Shown here: piece after piece, positions 36,896 to 49,681 of the stretch
Numbering within the stretch: position 1 is the first letter of the stretch
Layout: each line of letters begins with the position of its first letter
Origin: Takakia lepidozioides
Taxonomy: Eukaryota; Plantae; Bryophyta
NCBI GenBank assembly: GCA_030704615.1
Contig: CM060731.1
Coordinates: 6,696,001 to 6,760,000, forward strand
Reading direction: 5' to 3'
Length of the DNA: 64,000 bases
The notes under the pieces: model-generated
The model's database searches: none
Told to the model about the DNA's origin: nothing
What the model saw: only the letters and a program-made list of their open reading frames with translations
Position numbers and translations under genes: made by a program

Positions 36896-39800
36896 TCATG
36901 AGAGCAGTTTCTCTACATTGTCCAACCCCCGCACGATATACTGGGCACACTGCATTCGCTGCCCAAGTGCAAACTTGAAAGTAAACCAGTCCTTCGTGAA
37001 AGGTGTTCCTCTCTCTGGCTTTGCAGTCTTGGAGACATTTGCTCTGACTTTTACCCACTCATAAAACACTTGAATGAATGACATGACGTAAAAGCCACAC
37101 TCCCAGCTGAATGGTTGCTGGGGCACATCAGGCGCGTGGAACTGAAATGCTTGGACAATCTCATGCCACTCTGGTGAGTCCATCGAGTACCCTAAGCACT
37201 GCGCATGAAGCTTCCGAATCCACCCTAGAACAAAGGGACATTTATGCAAGTCCCTGATAGAGTTCAGGTGAGTGTAACAGCCCTTGCGGAGGTCGATGAT
37301 ACAAACACTCCAGTGCCCCCTGCAATGGTATCAAACAACATGGCGTCATTGCACAATCATGATGGGCAGACTCAGCAGACTGACACTCAGCAGACCGACC
37401 ACTCAGCAGACTCAATCTTCAAACCCAGTCCACTGCACAAATACAGAGGTCAACTTAATCGCTCAGAGTCAAGACGACACTGCGAAACCAGACTATGACT
37501 CAGGAGACAGTCTCAGCAGACTCAGAAGAGTTCTTACTCGTCCCCAATTGGCACCAAAATGAAATCGCACTCTTTCAAGTCCTTGCCCAGTCGTTCAGTG
37601 CTGAGGCAACCTTTCAAGACCTCCAGAAGGCTTTCATGTTGCCCCACCCCCAATGACTTCAACACCGTCCACGTCGACGTTGGAAGAACAACAATAGTGT
37701 TGGTGAACGCAGCCTCAACCGACTTCTCATAGAATCGACACCACAGCTCCAGGAGTCTATCTGTGCACTCCGACTCAACCTTCTGGACCGCCTTTATGTC
37801 ATCCGGCGACAGTCCGCATTCAAACCGTGGGTCCCCTTCAAAAAACATCAGCATGGAATTACCCGCCTTCACGTGCAGAGCATGTGCTTTGCCAAACCGA
37901 GCACCCATCCTGCACAGAGCAGACCATCCTTCGGGAAGCCTCATGTACTGAACAGACTGACGTCAACATGGTACCAAACACTCTACAGGCTGAACAATTC
38001 ATCAGACTGACAAGACTAACCACAACAGACAATGATGAAACCAGCAGCAGACTGACCAGCGTGCAGACTGACCACAACAGAGCGCAAAGCACTTAACGAC
38101 AAAGACAGACGAGGAGACTGAGCACAGTACTCACCTGTGCTGCTCCAGGAAACGACCCACATCTTTGTCCATGTCCAAGGCCAGCTTGCGGTTCTTGTTC
38201 ATAAAGACGCCAGACTTTTTCTTCGCCGGTCTCTTGGTACTCGGACCCTCCTCGACCTCCTCAGCATGGTCCACGACAGTCCGCTTCTTGGCTTTGCCTC
38301 TCCCCTGGGAAGCAGGGACAGCTGTAGGCGGGCTGGATAGAGCAGACAAACGCAGCGCTGTCGCCCTACTTCGCAACAGAGGCTGGTCAGCAGGTTTGTT
38401 TACACTTGCTGGACCTGTCTTTGCAGCTTCGTGGGTCGCATGCGTAGAACTGACCCGCGCATCGGGGGGCGTGCTCACCCCCACACCTTTCTTGGTTGTC
38501 GATCCCACGTTTGCAGCATGGGCGGAAGATGTCATGTCCTCAGAAGTAGACAGTCTGCCGACGGAGGGACGAACATCCTGTGAGGATACCGAGCAAAATG
38601 TCGAATTAGCCCAATTTCACAATGTGCTAAAACATAAACAACAGTGCTGAAAGAGGAAATGACACAACCTGCCCAAGGGGTGAGGGAGCAGACTCCATGT
38701 AATCCAGCGCTATACCAGACGGTGTCTGCGTCGCATGTGGTTCCTTGTCAGTGTGCCTGCCAGCATGTTCAGTCTGTTGCTCAATGTGGGCAGTCTGCTC
38801 GGCCGCCGGTTCTTCGTCAGTCCTTTCGTCTGTGAACTGTGCAGTCTGCTGGCAACTCTGCGGTTCAGTCTCTTCCTCAATGTGGGCAATGTGCTCGGTG
38901 GCAGGTTGGTCGTCAGTCCTTCCCTCTGTGAAGTGTGCAGTGTGCTGGTCAGGCCGTGCAATCTGAACTGTGCAGTCAGAGCTGAGCTGTGCAGTCTGCC
39001 GCTCCGAGCCATCCTGGTCAGTCCTTCCATCTGTGACCTGTGCAGTCTGCTGGTTAGTCTGCGGTTCAGTCTGCTCATCAATGAAGATAGTATGCTGCCC
39101 GCCACAGGTTGCTCGGCAGTCCTTCCATGTGTCCACTGTTGCAGTGTGCTGGTCAGTCTGGTGGACAGCCGGCTGGGTGTTCGGATCTCCATGGACTTGG
39201 GAAACATCAAGAACATGTATGGAAGACCCACCGGCAATTGCTTCCTCAGACTCTTCTGTAAGATCTATGATACGGTTTTGCGTTCCCAGATTGAGTTCGG
39301 TCATCACGTAAGACTCATCTATGGCTTTCGCCACTGAGCGCACGAAAACGGGACTAACCTGGAAGGTCATAGAAGGCAGGCCACGGGGAGCTGGATAAGA
39401 ATGCTTTACCGGTGACCTGATGACGTCGTCAGTGAATGTGCCTGGGGGGAAAGTGGACTCGGTCAAAACACTCATACTGGCAGATCCAAAAACATGTTGT
39501 TGGGAACTCAGCAGAAATTCGTCCACAGGGTCCCGGTGAGGCCAGTGCGTCCGAGTCTGTTGCACAATCCAGGGAACAGACTGGCTGTTAGTCTTCTGGA
39601 TAGTCTGCTCGGCCATCTGCTGAGTGGGTTCACCAGTGTGCTGCACAGTCTGCTAAGGGGCAATCTGCTGGCTGGATTCGTCGGTCTGCTGCACGGTCTG
39701 CTGTACAGTTTGCTGAGGGCAGTCTGGTGGCCATGTTCGCTGGTTTGCTGCACAGTCGGCTGAGGGGCAGTTTGTTGGCCGATATGTTCTCCGGTCTGCT

Positions 39801-42633
39801 GCAAAGTCTGCAAAGTTTGCTGCCCGCTCAGTACTGTTTGCACATACTGAGTATGTGTGTGCGGGGCAGTCTGCTGGGAGTGATCCGGCCTATTACCCGG
39901 GACGGTCTGGTGTACATGCTCGGTCTCCAGCACTTGGGCAGTCTGCCCACATGTGTCGTGGGGAATATGTTGTTCAACATTCTTGTGGCCAGTCTGCTGG
40001 ACAGTCTCCCAAACTCCTTGTAAAGCCAGGCAAGGTCCCTTGCACCTCTGGCAAAAGAGTCGAAAGCAGCCTGCACTTGCTTGTCTCCCAGATCAACTCA
40101 CCCTGCAACACATGTTTATGCAAATGTGAACTTGTAAAAAAGTTGGCAAAAGAAATTGAGCTGAAACACGAAAGTTGCCCATAACATTTTACCTTCCAAG
40201 AGATTTTCGACGAGGCCAATGTCCTTGATTTGCCGGCACAGGCATGCTCCATCGAGATGAGCAATGGCGCCGATGCGGTCTTCAGTTGGGATCCCACACC
40301 ACAGGACTTTGAAGACATTGGGATTCTGCAAAACAATGTCGAATACTGCTCGCTCCATCACCAATGCAAACCAGTGCAATGCGTCATCCACCACAAACTT
40401 CTGTGAATGGTCTGTTCCATGGAGTAAGTCCATCCTCAAACTATGCAGATCCTTCATCAACTTGTTGTATGAGCGGAAATTGCCAAATTGCATCCATCTG
40501 TGTTGTAGGAAGGAAGCTGCCATGCGCTCAAAGTCCTCCTCAGTCAATCCGAACAAGTGCGTTCTTCGCACCCCAAAGGTTGGATATGCCATAGGCATAT
40601 GTCTGAGGTCTTCAGGCCGTGGGTCATCCATGAGAATCAGCTGCACAAGTAGAGGCGGCGCATTTTGGTCGCTTGTGGCTTCAATGGCAACAGCAGAGGC
40701 GGCTTCTAGAACATGGTTGGCTTCCTCAATAGAAAACTCTATGGAATAATGAAAGGGTACAAATGACCACCGGCGGTCCGCAACAATTCGGTGGAGCTCA
40801 TTATGCCAATCCAAATGGGGATTAATTTCTCCCACCCTAAGCCGGGAAGTGTGAGGTCTTCAGCTCCGGGTCGAATTACTGGTGATGGCGATCGCCAAAC
40901 TGCAATAAGCGCCGTGCTATGTGAGAGAAAGGCAGTCTGCTGGTCAGTCTGCTGGTCCGCAGTCTGTTGGATGACAGGACTTCCCATTGGCATGGGCTGC
41001 ATGATGGGCTCCTGGAGAGGAGTCTGCAGGATGACAGGCTGCTCGTTGGGAGTCTGCTCCGTTGGAGTCTGCTGGATGACAGGCTGCTGAACGGGAGTCT
41101 GCTGGATGACGGCCTGCTGAATGGGAGTCTGCTGGATGGCAGACTCGGCTGTCCCAGACGCATTCCCCCCCGATGCGTCTTGAATATGTAATGCCGCTAT
41201 AGCAGCAGATGACCCAGGATACTTCAATAATATGTACTCTCGCACGCGGTCCACTTCCGCACGCACTGCAGTCGCTTGTAAAGGAGCATCATTGCTAGGT
41301 ATCCGCCAAGCCTGAATGGCCCTACGAATATAAACACGTTCATCCTGGTACACGGCAGAGAACTTCGACGTCAGGAACATGGACGTGGACTCTATATTCA
41401 CCTCATGCAGTGGACTGGACTCATAGACCAGCATACTGTAACGTGCGTACGTAGGGTGGAGGCAACTAGTAGACTATACCAGTGGACTGGACCAGCGGAC
41501 TGACAAACGGACTCAGTAAGTAATGCAACGATATAAAACAGACTAACTGACGAGCGGAGTGAGCCAGCGGACTGAGGAGAGAACGCAGCGGACTGACCAG
41601 ACTAAATAGGCAACGTGACCCCGATGATGGACTCAAACAACACAGAGAACAGACTGGGCAGTCAGACTGACCATTACCTCCTCTACTTCATCATCGTCAT
41701 CTTCATCTTCAAAGTTGTTCAACCAGTTCTGTTCCGCCTGTCGGATGAATGTGCGTAGCAGACCTGACTGGGCAACTCTGTAGAAATAACGGAAGAAGTC
41801 TGGATCCCCAATTGGTGGGCACTCTGGTGGGAAAAGCCCAAAGTCAACGAGGCGCAATGTGCCAGGGCAGACTGGCCCTTCAGTGCTCTGTTGAGTTTTT
41901 GGTTTTGACCCTAAACCGATGGCATGGGTCGCGATATTTGTGTGAGTCTGTTGCCGAGTTTGGTCAGGCAAGTCAATGTCCACTGGACTTGTCACCCCTT
42001 CCAGGCCCTGAGCAGATTCACTTTCAGTATCAGTACTGATGGTGTGGGTCTGCCGCCCAGGACGGGGTTCAGTCTGTTGCGTGGATTTTGCCCTTGCCTC
42101 GCGAGCAGACCTTGCAGCCTTCTCCTTTTTTTGCCTTTTTTTTTTTTGGGCCCCATCACTCAGTTTACGTTTTCTGGGAGCGTCCGGCGTTCCCTGCACT
42201 TGCAAATCCTCCATTGACGGGCCACCACAATGGACGCCATACCGTGCGCGCACTTCGTCTAATTCCAAAGTGCGGGGGTCAAGCATCCGCGCAAGCGCAT
42301 TGTGGCCTCTTTGACAATCGACATTTCTTTCAGTATCGGCCAAGGCTTGAAATCCCGTGGAATCATTGCAACAGTCTCCTTGCAACCCGTGTCAACACAA
42401 TGCCGATTTAGTTGGATTTTGTCCTTGATTACCTCTTCACAGAAGGGACAGAAGAGCTTGTCCTTCTGCCAATTCGAGTTTTTGGGCTTCCGGGCGCGGA
42501 GGTCTACAAATGCTTCCACTATTTTATGATCAAACTCGTCTGGTGAGTACCAATACCTTCGCTCCTTCTTCAGTCTGGTTTGGTGCACAAAATCCAACCA
42601 ATCCGCTCCACCTTTTTCACAAGCATCCTCCAT
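36896..42633 (-). pseudogene. MULE second gene: N-terminal C2HC finger, Q/T-rich linker, C-terminal Ulp1/C48 protease-like domain
   Basis: CPFC...HCVDTGC near the start; DFILVPI | GHWSVCIID...HLNS...VPQQPFSWECGFYV at the end; multi-exon with frameshifts. Confidence 0.78.
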
Positions 42634-44330
42634 CGCTGCAGAATGAAACGAAGGTGCAAGGACAATGAGCGACAGAGCGACAGATAGAAGTCCTATGAAA
42701 AGACTCACCGTAAGCAAGAAGAGGACACAGAATGGAATGGAAACACCGCAGCAAGTGAGAACCTCACCGAGCCGATGAACTTCGAGTTGTTACGAAGGCG
42801 AGCGTGTTTGCGACGCTTCGCGGCTCACCGTGACTCTCCACACCTGGGGAAGAACGGTCGTCTTTCGTTACGGTGATGGAAACGCAAAGAGGAAAACAAA
42901 GCAGTGCAAAACTGTGCGAAGAAATAGGCGCGAAGAGAATGGAGAAAGTAGAAGTAGAAGTAGAAGGGGGAAAGCGGGCATGACACTGCCAACGTGGTGC
43001 GATTTCACAGGCGCCAACTATCCGCCGTCATCGCATTGAATACGTCCACCGAACGAACGCATCGTACTAAATTCATCCACGCTCCTCGCAAGTGTAGCAG
43101 ACTCATTTCCCATCGGGCCGAGAGTCCACCGGACCGCCAGTCCAGCGGACTATTCGCTTTGCTGAGGCGAAGCGGCTTCATATTGGAGGCACTTCCCTGC
43201 CAGCGGAATGAAGACAAAAGAGAGTAAGGGGAGAATAGGAAAGTCGAACACACCCATTGCGAACAGACTCGCGGCACAACAGACTGATGCATGCACAGTC
43301 CAACAGACTGATATCCATAGAGGAGAACTGTCCAGCAGACGAACGTTTCGCCAAACTGGCGGGAGAACAAGCCAAAAGACTGACCGGAGGGAAAATAAGA
43401 AGTCAAACAGACTTAGTGCAACAGACTTCCGACACAACAGACTGACAAATTCACAAGTGCAATAGACTGATATCCCAACAGACGGACTACCAGCAAACCG
43501 CCTCCAAACTGACTGTTATGCACGCGATAAGGGGAATATCCGGAGCACTGACGGGCCAGCGGACCCACTGTGAATAGACTCGCGACACAACGGACCTCAA
43601 ACATCCACGCGCATTTGCAGATGCAATTGTCTCAGACATCTCCCGTCGTGGCTCAGACATCTGCATTCAGCAGGTGCGTGTGGATGTTTGAGGACCTTAC
43701 GACTGGATGGTGTTCCGTGACGACTCGAATTGCTTTTTTGTGGTGTCATCCCTTATATAATACCATGTGGATCCATCACAAAGCTGGGTTTCTTCATATT
43801 CTCCACCCTTTTCCACAACTTATGCACGACGGATGCAAGCCGCTATACTTGGCACATAAACAGTCCCATCGTCCGATACGAAATCTGCAATACATGCCCC
43901 CATGTGCATACGCTTCCATCATTTTCGCGCCCATGTTACCCATGGGTTCCTTTAACGAACTAAACTTGTGAAGGCTCTCATGAGGGATGCAGTACGAAGG
44001 GGCTAAACGTATCATGACGGATCACAAGCAGAGGACGTTATCGACGACAGATGTCCGCATTTTCCATATTTATGACATAGAACCAAACCATAAAACGAAG
44101 GTTCCCGAAAGCACAACAAGAAGGCAAAAATAGTGGAAGCATATGCACGATGGTGGCTGTAGTGCCGAGACAGTCCTCTCATGTTCAAGCACACGCTTCA
44201 TCATCATCATGAACATCGCGCGCAAAAGAGGAACAGTCGCGTGCATGGAAACGCCTACCGCAACATCGGACAACAAACAGCCGTCAAAAGAGAGCGGCTG
44301 GGATTTGGTGGAAAAATCATTGTCATTTTC

Positions 44331-44689
44331 GCAGCCCTAAAAATGGAGGGCTCGGATGGGTTATGGGAATGGATGGTGGCGATTCTACACCATCAGCGGA
44401 CTGGATGGCAGGGGACTGGCCAGCGGACTGGCGGGCAGACTGGCAGACTAGCAGACTGCTGGGCAGCCGACTGGCCAGCAGCGGACTGGCAGACTGGAGG
44501 GCAGCGGACTCATGGGCGGGGGACTGGCCGCGCGGCGGACGGGGGCGCGGGCGCGGTTGCTACAGCCGCGACCGCGCGCAGCGGCGGGCGGGGCAGGCGG
44601 GGTGCTGGGGAGCCGGGCGTCCGTGCGCGGGGCCCACCGGCCACATCGCACGTGCCCATTGAAGACCCTATTATCTTTAAATGAGGGGC
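44331..44689 (-). repeat. MULE right TIR
   Basis: Inverted copy of 32169-32584. Confidence 0.92.
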
Positions 44690-45599
44690 GTACTTGTCTG
44701 GGTTCATGTCACCCATAGCACCAAAAATGAGCATTCATAATTGGCAAGTTAGGATTATGAATTTCAAGAGAACAGTTCATGGCTCCATACTTTAAGAAAG
44801 ATCAAGTAACTCTTTTAAAAATGTTTGTGTGTTTCATGTCTTTATCGTACAACGTTTGACTTCAAAATAGGTCCGGCCTTAAGTTTTGAAGCTTAGACTT
44901 TCATCTTATACACAACTTTCATATCTTGGGGTCATAACTCATAACCTCCATGAGCATTTTTTGAGAGTTTCACAATTAATGTTTTTATTCTTCATTCTCT
45001 GAATGATACTTTTCAAGAGATTAACAATTTAAAGTTTGTACAAAGTTGAAGATCTAGAATTCCAAATTGTAGTTGAAAAATACTACCAATTTTTATTTTT
45101 TATTTTTCTGATTTCAATATAGGGAGATTCTGATGGTTGCTATGATGCCTGTTGGAGGGATGGCCAGCGAGGAGTGTAGCAGCTGCCAAAGGTGACCAGG
45201 CTTGCAGGTCTCCAGACTCCATTGTGGATGGCAGGAGAATAGATCGGAGGGTACGGATGCGTTTCAAGTTCATGCAGTTATTTTTATGTTTTTACGAAAT
45301 CTCTTTTGAAGAATTTAGGTCTTTTGAATAGATGCCATGATGGACAACTTAGATGCAAATATAAATCTTAAAAGACACGTAGACAATGGCCCGATAAAGT
45401 AAAATCATCTTATATTCCGTACTAGATTTGATTAACTTGGAAGATGAACTTCTAAGAATAAAAGAAAATGAGTGAAATACAAAGCACTTGTATAAATCTG
45501 AAAATAGTATATATAGAAAGTCTTTTTAGTATCTTGTTTAAGTGAAATAGTCTTAGTCCCACAAAATTGGAAAAGAGTATGTTCTCTCATTTTAAGTGT

Positions 45600-47030
45600 C
45601 CGGCTATGATGCATAGCTATATGAATGTTGAGGTTTGTAGCAAGTGATTGTTGGTCATCTTGTACATGCAACGTTGGGACTACCAAGTCGTTTGAAGGTG
45701 GAAGTGGGTTGTTGCTGAAGAGGGGAGCATTCATAGGACGCTGCGGATTAAGTGGACTCCCATTAACAACCTTCAACCTTGTATCTGGATCAGCGGTCAC
45801 GCTCGAGTTTTGCATAAACATAATGTTGAAATGATGGACCAGACGTGATTAAGCCTACAAGCATATTAGACGAGCTAGGGACCTTACCACTATTTGGAGA
45901 TCTTCTAGCAAAGGTGTTTGACGCATAATAGGTGAAACCCTGCTACACGATTGAGGAAGGTCCCGGGGCACTCATCAGAAGTTCACTCAGTTTTGTCTAT
46001 TCTTCCTACCATCCACGTGCGCCGTTGCTCTTCAACACCACCCAAGTCCCTACATTTCCAACCTCCTCATGATCTCGAGGCATCCACCCAAAATTTTCCC
46101 CCCAATCTGCATGCGTGACTTCATTGCAACTAGGTAGTTTAGATTGGTTATTTGGTTACTACCTTGCAAATGAGCAGCATGGTAAGGGTGCCCACAAGAC
46201 TACGACAATGTTGAGATATGGATAATAACAATTACACATAGGGTAGGGTACGGAACTCATCTTTTCTACGATAGGAGGGGCTGTACACGGGTTTTGGATT
46301 AAAGGTCATGGCTTGGCCTTTCATTAACGAGTTCATCTATACATCAACTTGGGTTGCCTTCTACTAGTCAGTAATCCCTAACTTCCCCGTAGCAGATGCG
46401 ATGTCAATATCCATGTAGTCACATACTCTGTTGCAAAATTGTGGTAAACTCCTTGCATCTCAGTTATCTTTTGTTTCACATTATTGATCTTTTCTTGCAG
46501 TTCAATATTTTGACGCCTCACGCTTCTGTACATTGTCAAAGGCTGCATCTACCTGTGCTTGCCCACGAGAAATTCCCATGTTAATGATGTTAAATTACCA
46601 CGCCCTCTGATGTGTCTTCTTCCATGGTGACCTTCATCTCTAGCAGATGTTGCTTAAGAGGAACATTGCATGCTGCAAGATGGGTAATTTCATGCTGCAA
46701 ATCCTCCACAACGCCCTCCATCTCCAAGTTCAAAGACTCCAACAGTTTTTTATCAGTCTCAACAAATACACGTGCTTTGACGACATCCCTGGACACTGTC
46801 TCCTTCTGTGATTTAAGCTTGTTCACATCATGTCGAAGAGCCTTCACCTCCAACCCCTAAAGTTAGAAGAGATTATGACCCCTCGCAATATCCAACTCCT
46901 ACACCTTCTTCACCTTCCCCCCACCATATCCACAAGGGCAACATCTCCTTTGTGTTCCTTGTTACCTCGTGGCTGGCTTTCACATTCCCTCACACATTTC
47001 TCCCTCTTGACTCTCTTCATGGTATGATCC
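45600..47030 (-). pseudogene. highly decayed retroelement gag-like remnant
   Basis: Coiled-coil ORF 46590-46853 and broken Pro-rich ORFs; no diagnostic motif intact. Confidence 0.3.
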
Positions 47031-47095
47031 GCACTAGGCTCAAGATCAACTACCCCTGCGACTACTGACACTCTCGGTTATGTTGTTTGGGGAAT

Positions 47096-48255
47096 GCTAG
47101 TTTGTGAGCCGCTCACGTGACCGAAAAAGTCCGTGAGCAGAATTCTGCTTACGTTCGAGGGTGACGTGGATCGCATAGGGACTATAACCGCGGACAACAA
47201 ATATACAGAAGGCCCATTACCGCTAGTAAGAGATGTCAAAATGCGGGCAGTGGTCCATATTTTTGTGAATACAACAAGTCCACAAATGGGACGATTCTTC
47301 CATAGAAATCACACTTCTGCTCTCATTTCTAAGCAATTTTTTATTTTTTTTTCGGCATTTGGGTATATTGTCGAAGTAATGATCGTCGACGATCATCACT
47401 TCTGCTCTAAATTTTTTTTTAATTAATTTATTATTATTTTTGGGCATTTGGGTAGATGTCGTGATGATTGTCCACGATTATCACTTCTGCTCTGATTTCT
47501 GAGATCTTTTTTTTTTTTTGGGGGGGGGAAGGGGGGTTGAGTAGATGTCGTGATGATCGTCGACGATCATCACTTTTCCTTTGATTTTTGAGTTTTATTT
47601 TTTGCATTTGCACTTGGGTAGATGTCGTGATTGTCGACGATCACAACATCTGCTCTGATTTTTTGTAGCTGATGGAGGTGATAGAAATGAAGAGGTAGAC
47701 TGACAAACTGATAACTGGGCGTGTTCAATGTTCCTCCCACCCTACGAGATTGGATTTGCCAAGAAAGATCAAGCTTGTCAACGAAAGCTGGCTTGCCATG
47801 GTGAAGTCTCGAACGAGGAGTTAATTCTGCTCATAGAATCTTGCATTACAGTTCCTATATTCCATTGGTTTGTGTGTGTTATTTGTCTCAATGTCCGTGA
47901 TTCAATTTGGTCCATTCGTTTTTTTTTTAATTACTTCAATTTTTGCAACCGATTTCCATCCCATATAGACTCTATAAGATGGTGGATTATGCTAATTGAA
48001 CACAACCAAAAGAGTACTTGTTATGTTGCCAACGTTAGGCCCATCATGTCTACCACCACACCAATTCTTACCAATAATGTCCAAGTTCCGTCTTGTTTGC
48101 ATTTCTCGTCGCTCGTATTTGGTCCCTGACAGCTTTCACGACTTTCCATTCCTTCGGTTATAGCCTATGCTTTTCTAATGTGCTCACCATTAGAATCTGC
48201 TCACGCTTAGTGTGCAAAGCGTGAGTCTGCTCACGTGAGCGGCTCACGCGCTAGC
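47096..48255. mobile_element. non-autonomous TIR element with internal ~80-bp repeats
   Basis: GCTAG...GTGAGCCGCTCACGTGA at the left and its inverse at the right; gatgtcgtgatgatcgtcgacgatcatcac-like repeats at 47370-47660; no clear TSD. Confidence 0.6.
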
Positions 48256-49681
48256 TTCTTTCACGTTGTGTTTGATTCATTTTATAAATTGCATAAGAAA
48301 CCCAATTAGTTACAACTCCTTTTGATTCCACTACGATATCCTTGGCAAACCCCTTCACAATAGTGTATTTGTCATCTTAGACCTCATATATACCTTTTTA
48401 TAGACATCTCTAATTACCCTTGTTCTCACACTCTCATCTTTATGTACCCTCATTTCTTTCCTTTTTTCCTTCCAAACTGCTTAACAAACTCAACATCACT
48501 ACAATGCTTATCAAAACGCTCGGCAACCCTAGGATTGATGTGTACGCCATACAAGCCCTCAACATTTATGAAGAAAGGAGGAAGAAAGCTGTCAAAACTG
48601 GAGTTTTCTTTTCTCGTTTACTTCGCTCACTGGGGTCATCATTCTGTGAATCTTCAAATCCGTCATTCACAGTACTCTAATGCCTCAGACCCTGCTATCC
48701 TTCATTATCACTGGACAATGAAATAGAACAAATCTGATTTAGATAGAAACGTCCCCACTGCAATTATCAAAGTTAACACCTACGTTAGCCACACTGGTCA
48801 AAATATACTTGACATAGGGGGGCATATGCTTGTGTGCCGGTTTTTACGAATAATATTGTATTGTAGTACTATCACAGGTATTAATCACATTCATAGACAG
48901 ATCAGAAGGACTTACTTGATTTTTGAGTTGTAATTTCTCCACGATTGAGTGCTTGTCAACATGTATGTAGAAACTTCCTCAAGAGCTTCTATCACCTGCA
49001 CAATCCACACACTCATATGCATCAAATTACTGAGACTATCCCTCGTATCCCTTTGTAGAGGCCACCAAGGGCAAGATAATTAATTTAACTAAGCTGTTAT
49101 TTAATATATTATTTTTTTCCCTTGAACACTCGTAGTTTTTAGAAAGTTCCCAAAGACTTCAATATGTACCCAAGGTGAACGGAAAAAAAAATCCGGCAAT
49201 GGACAATGGACATCGAAGCCTATGTATGAAAGTCGAGGAGGAGGGAGCAGTCTCCTGGCCATTGCATGGGCCCAAAATGTTCCAAAGAAAATTGAGCAAA
49301 GAAAATTGGACATCTAAGCATAACAAGCTATCAGAACAAAGATGGCTATAGCATACGGCCCTTTTCCACGTAAAAAGGAATTAATTAATTAATTAATTAA
49401 GAAATAATTCCATCTGGTCCGTATTGTAGCGCATCTACGTTAGCGTTTTAAGGAGCAGGTAATTCCATCTTGGTCCTATTGTAGCGCGCACACTTAGCGT
49501 CTACGTAGGGTCAGCTGCTTTCCGCAGAGTTTTGCAAGCCTCGCTCGCGGGCACGCCGGGGGGGAGGGGAGATGGTGTCTTGGATCTGGATCCTGCCTTC
49601 TCGTACGCAGCCTGCGCTGCAAGCACACAATGCGCCTGAACAAGATGTCTTGCATTTGATCTGAGGTGTGAATTTGCAGTA

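Larger units (their letters stand above)
32169..44689. mobile_element. Mutator-like DNA transposon (MULE), 12.5 kb, structurally complete
   Basis: Long GC-rich TIRs, G...C termini, 9-bp TSD GTACTTGCC (32160-32168) / GTACTTGTC (44690-44698), internal DDE-SWIM transposase. Confidence 0.93.

Noticed and set aside
43570-44330. Possible third MULE gene
   Set aside because: Only short broken ORFs with no motif I can support.
49572-49664. 30-codon uORF before BIG
   Set aside because: Probably inside a 5' UTR intron; no evidence of conservation.
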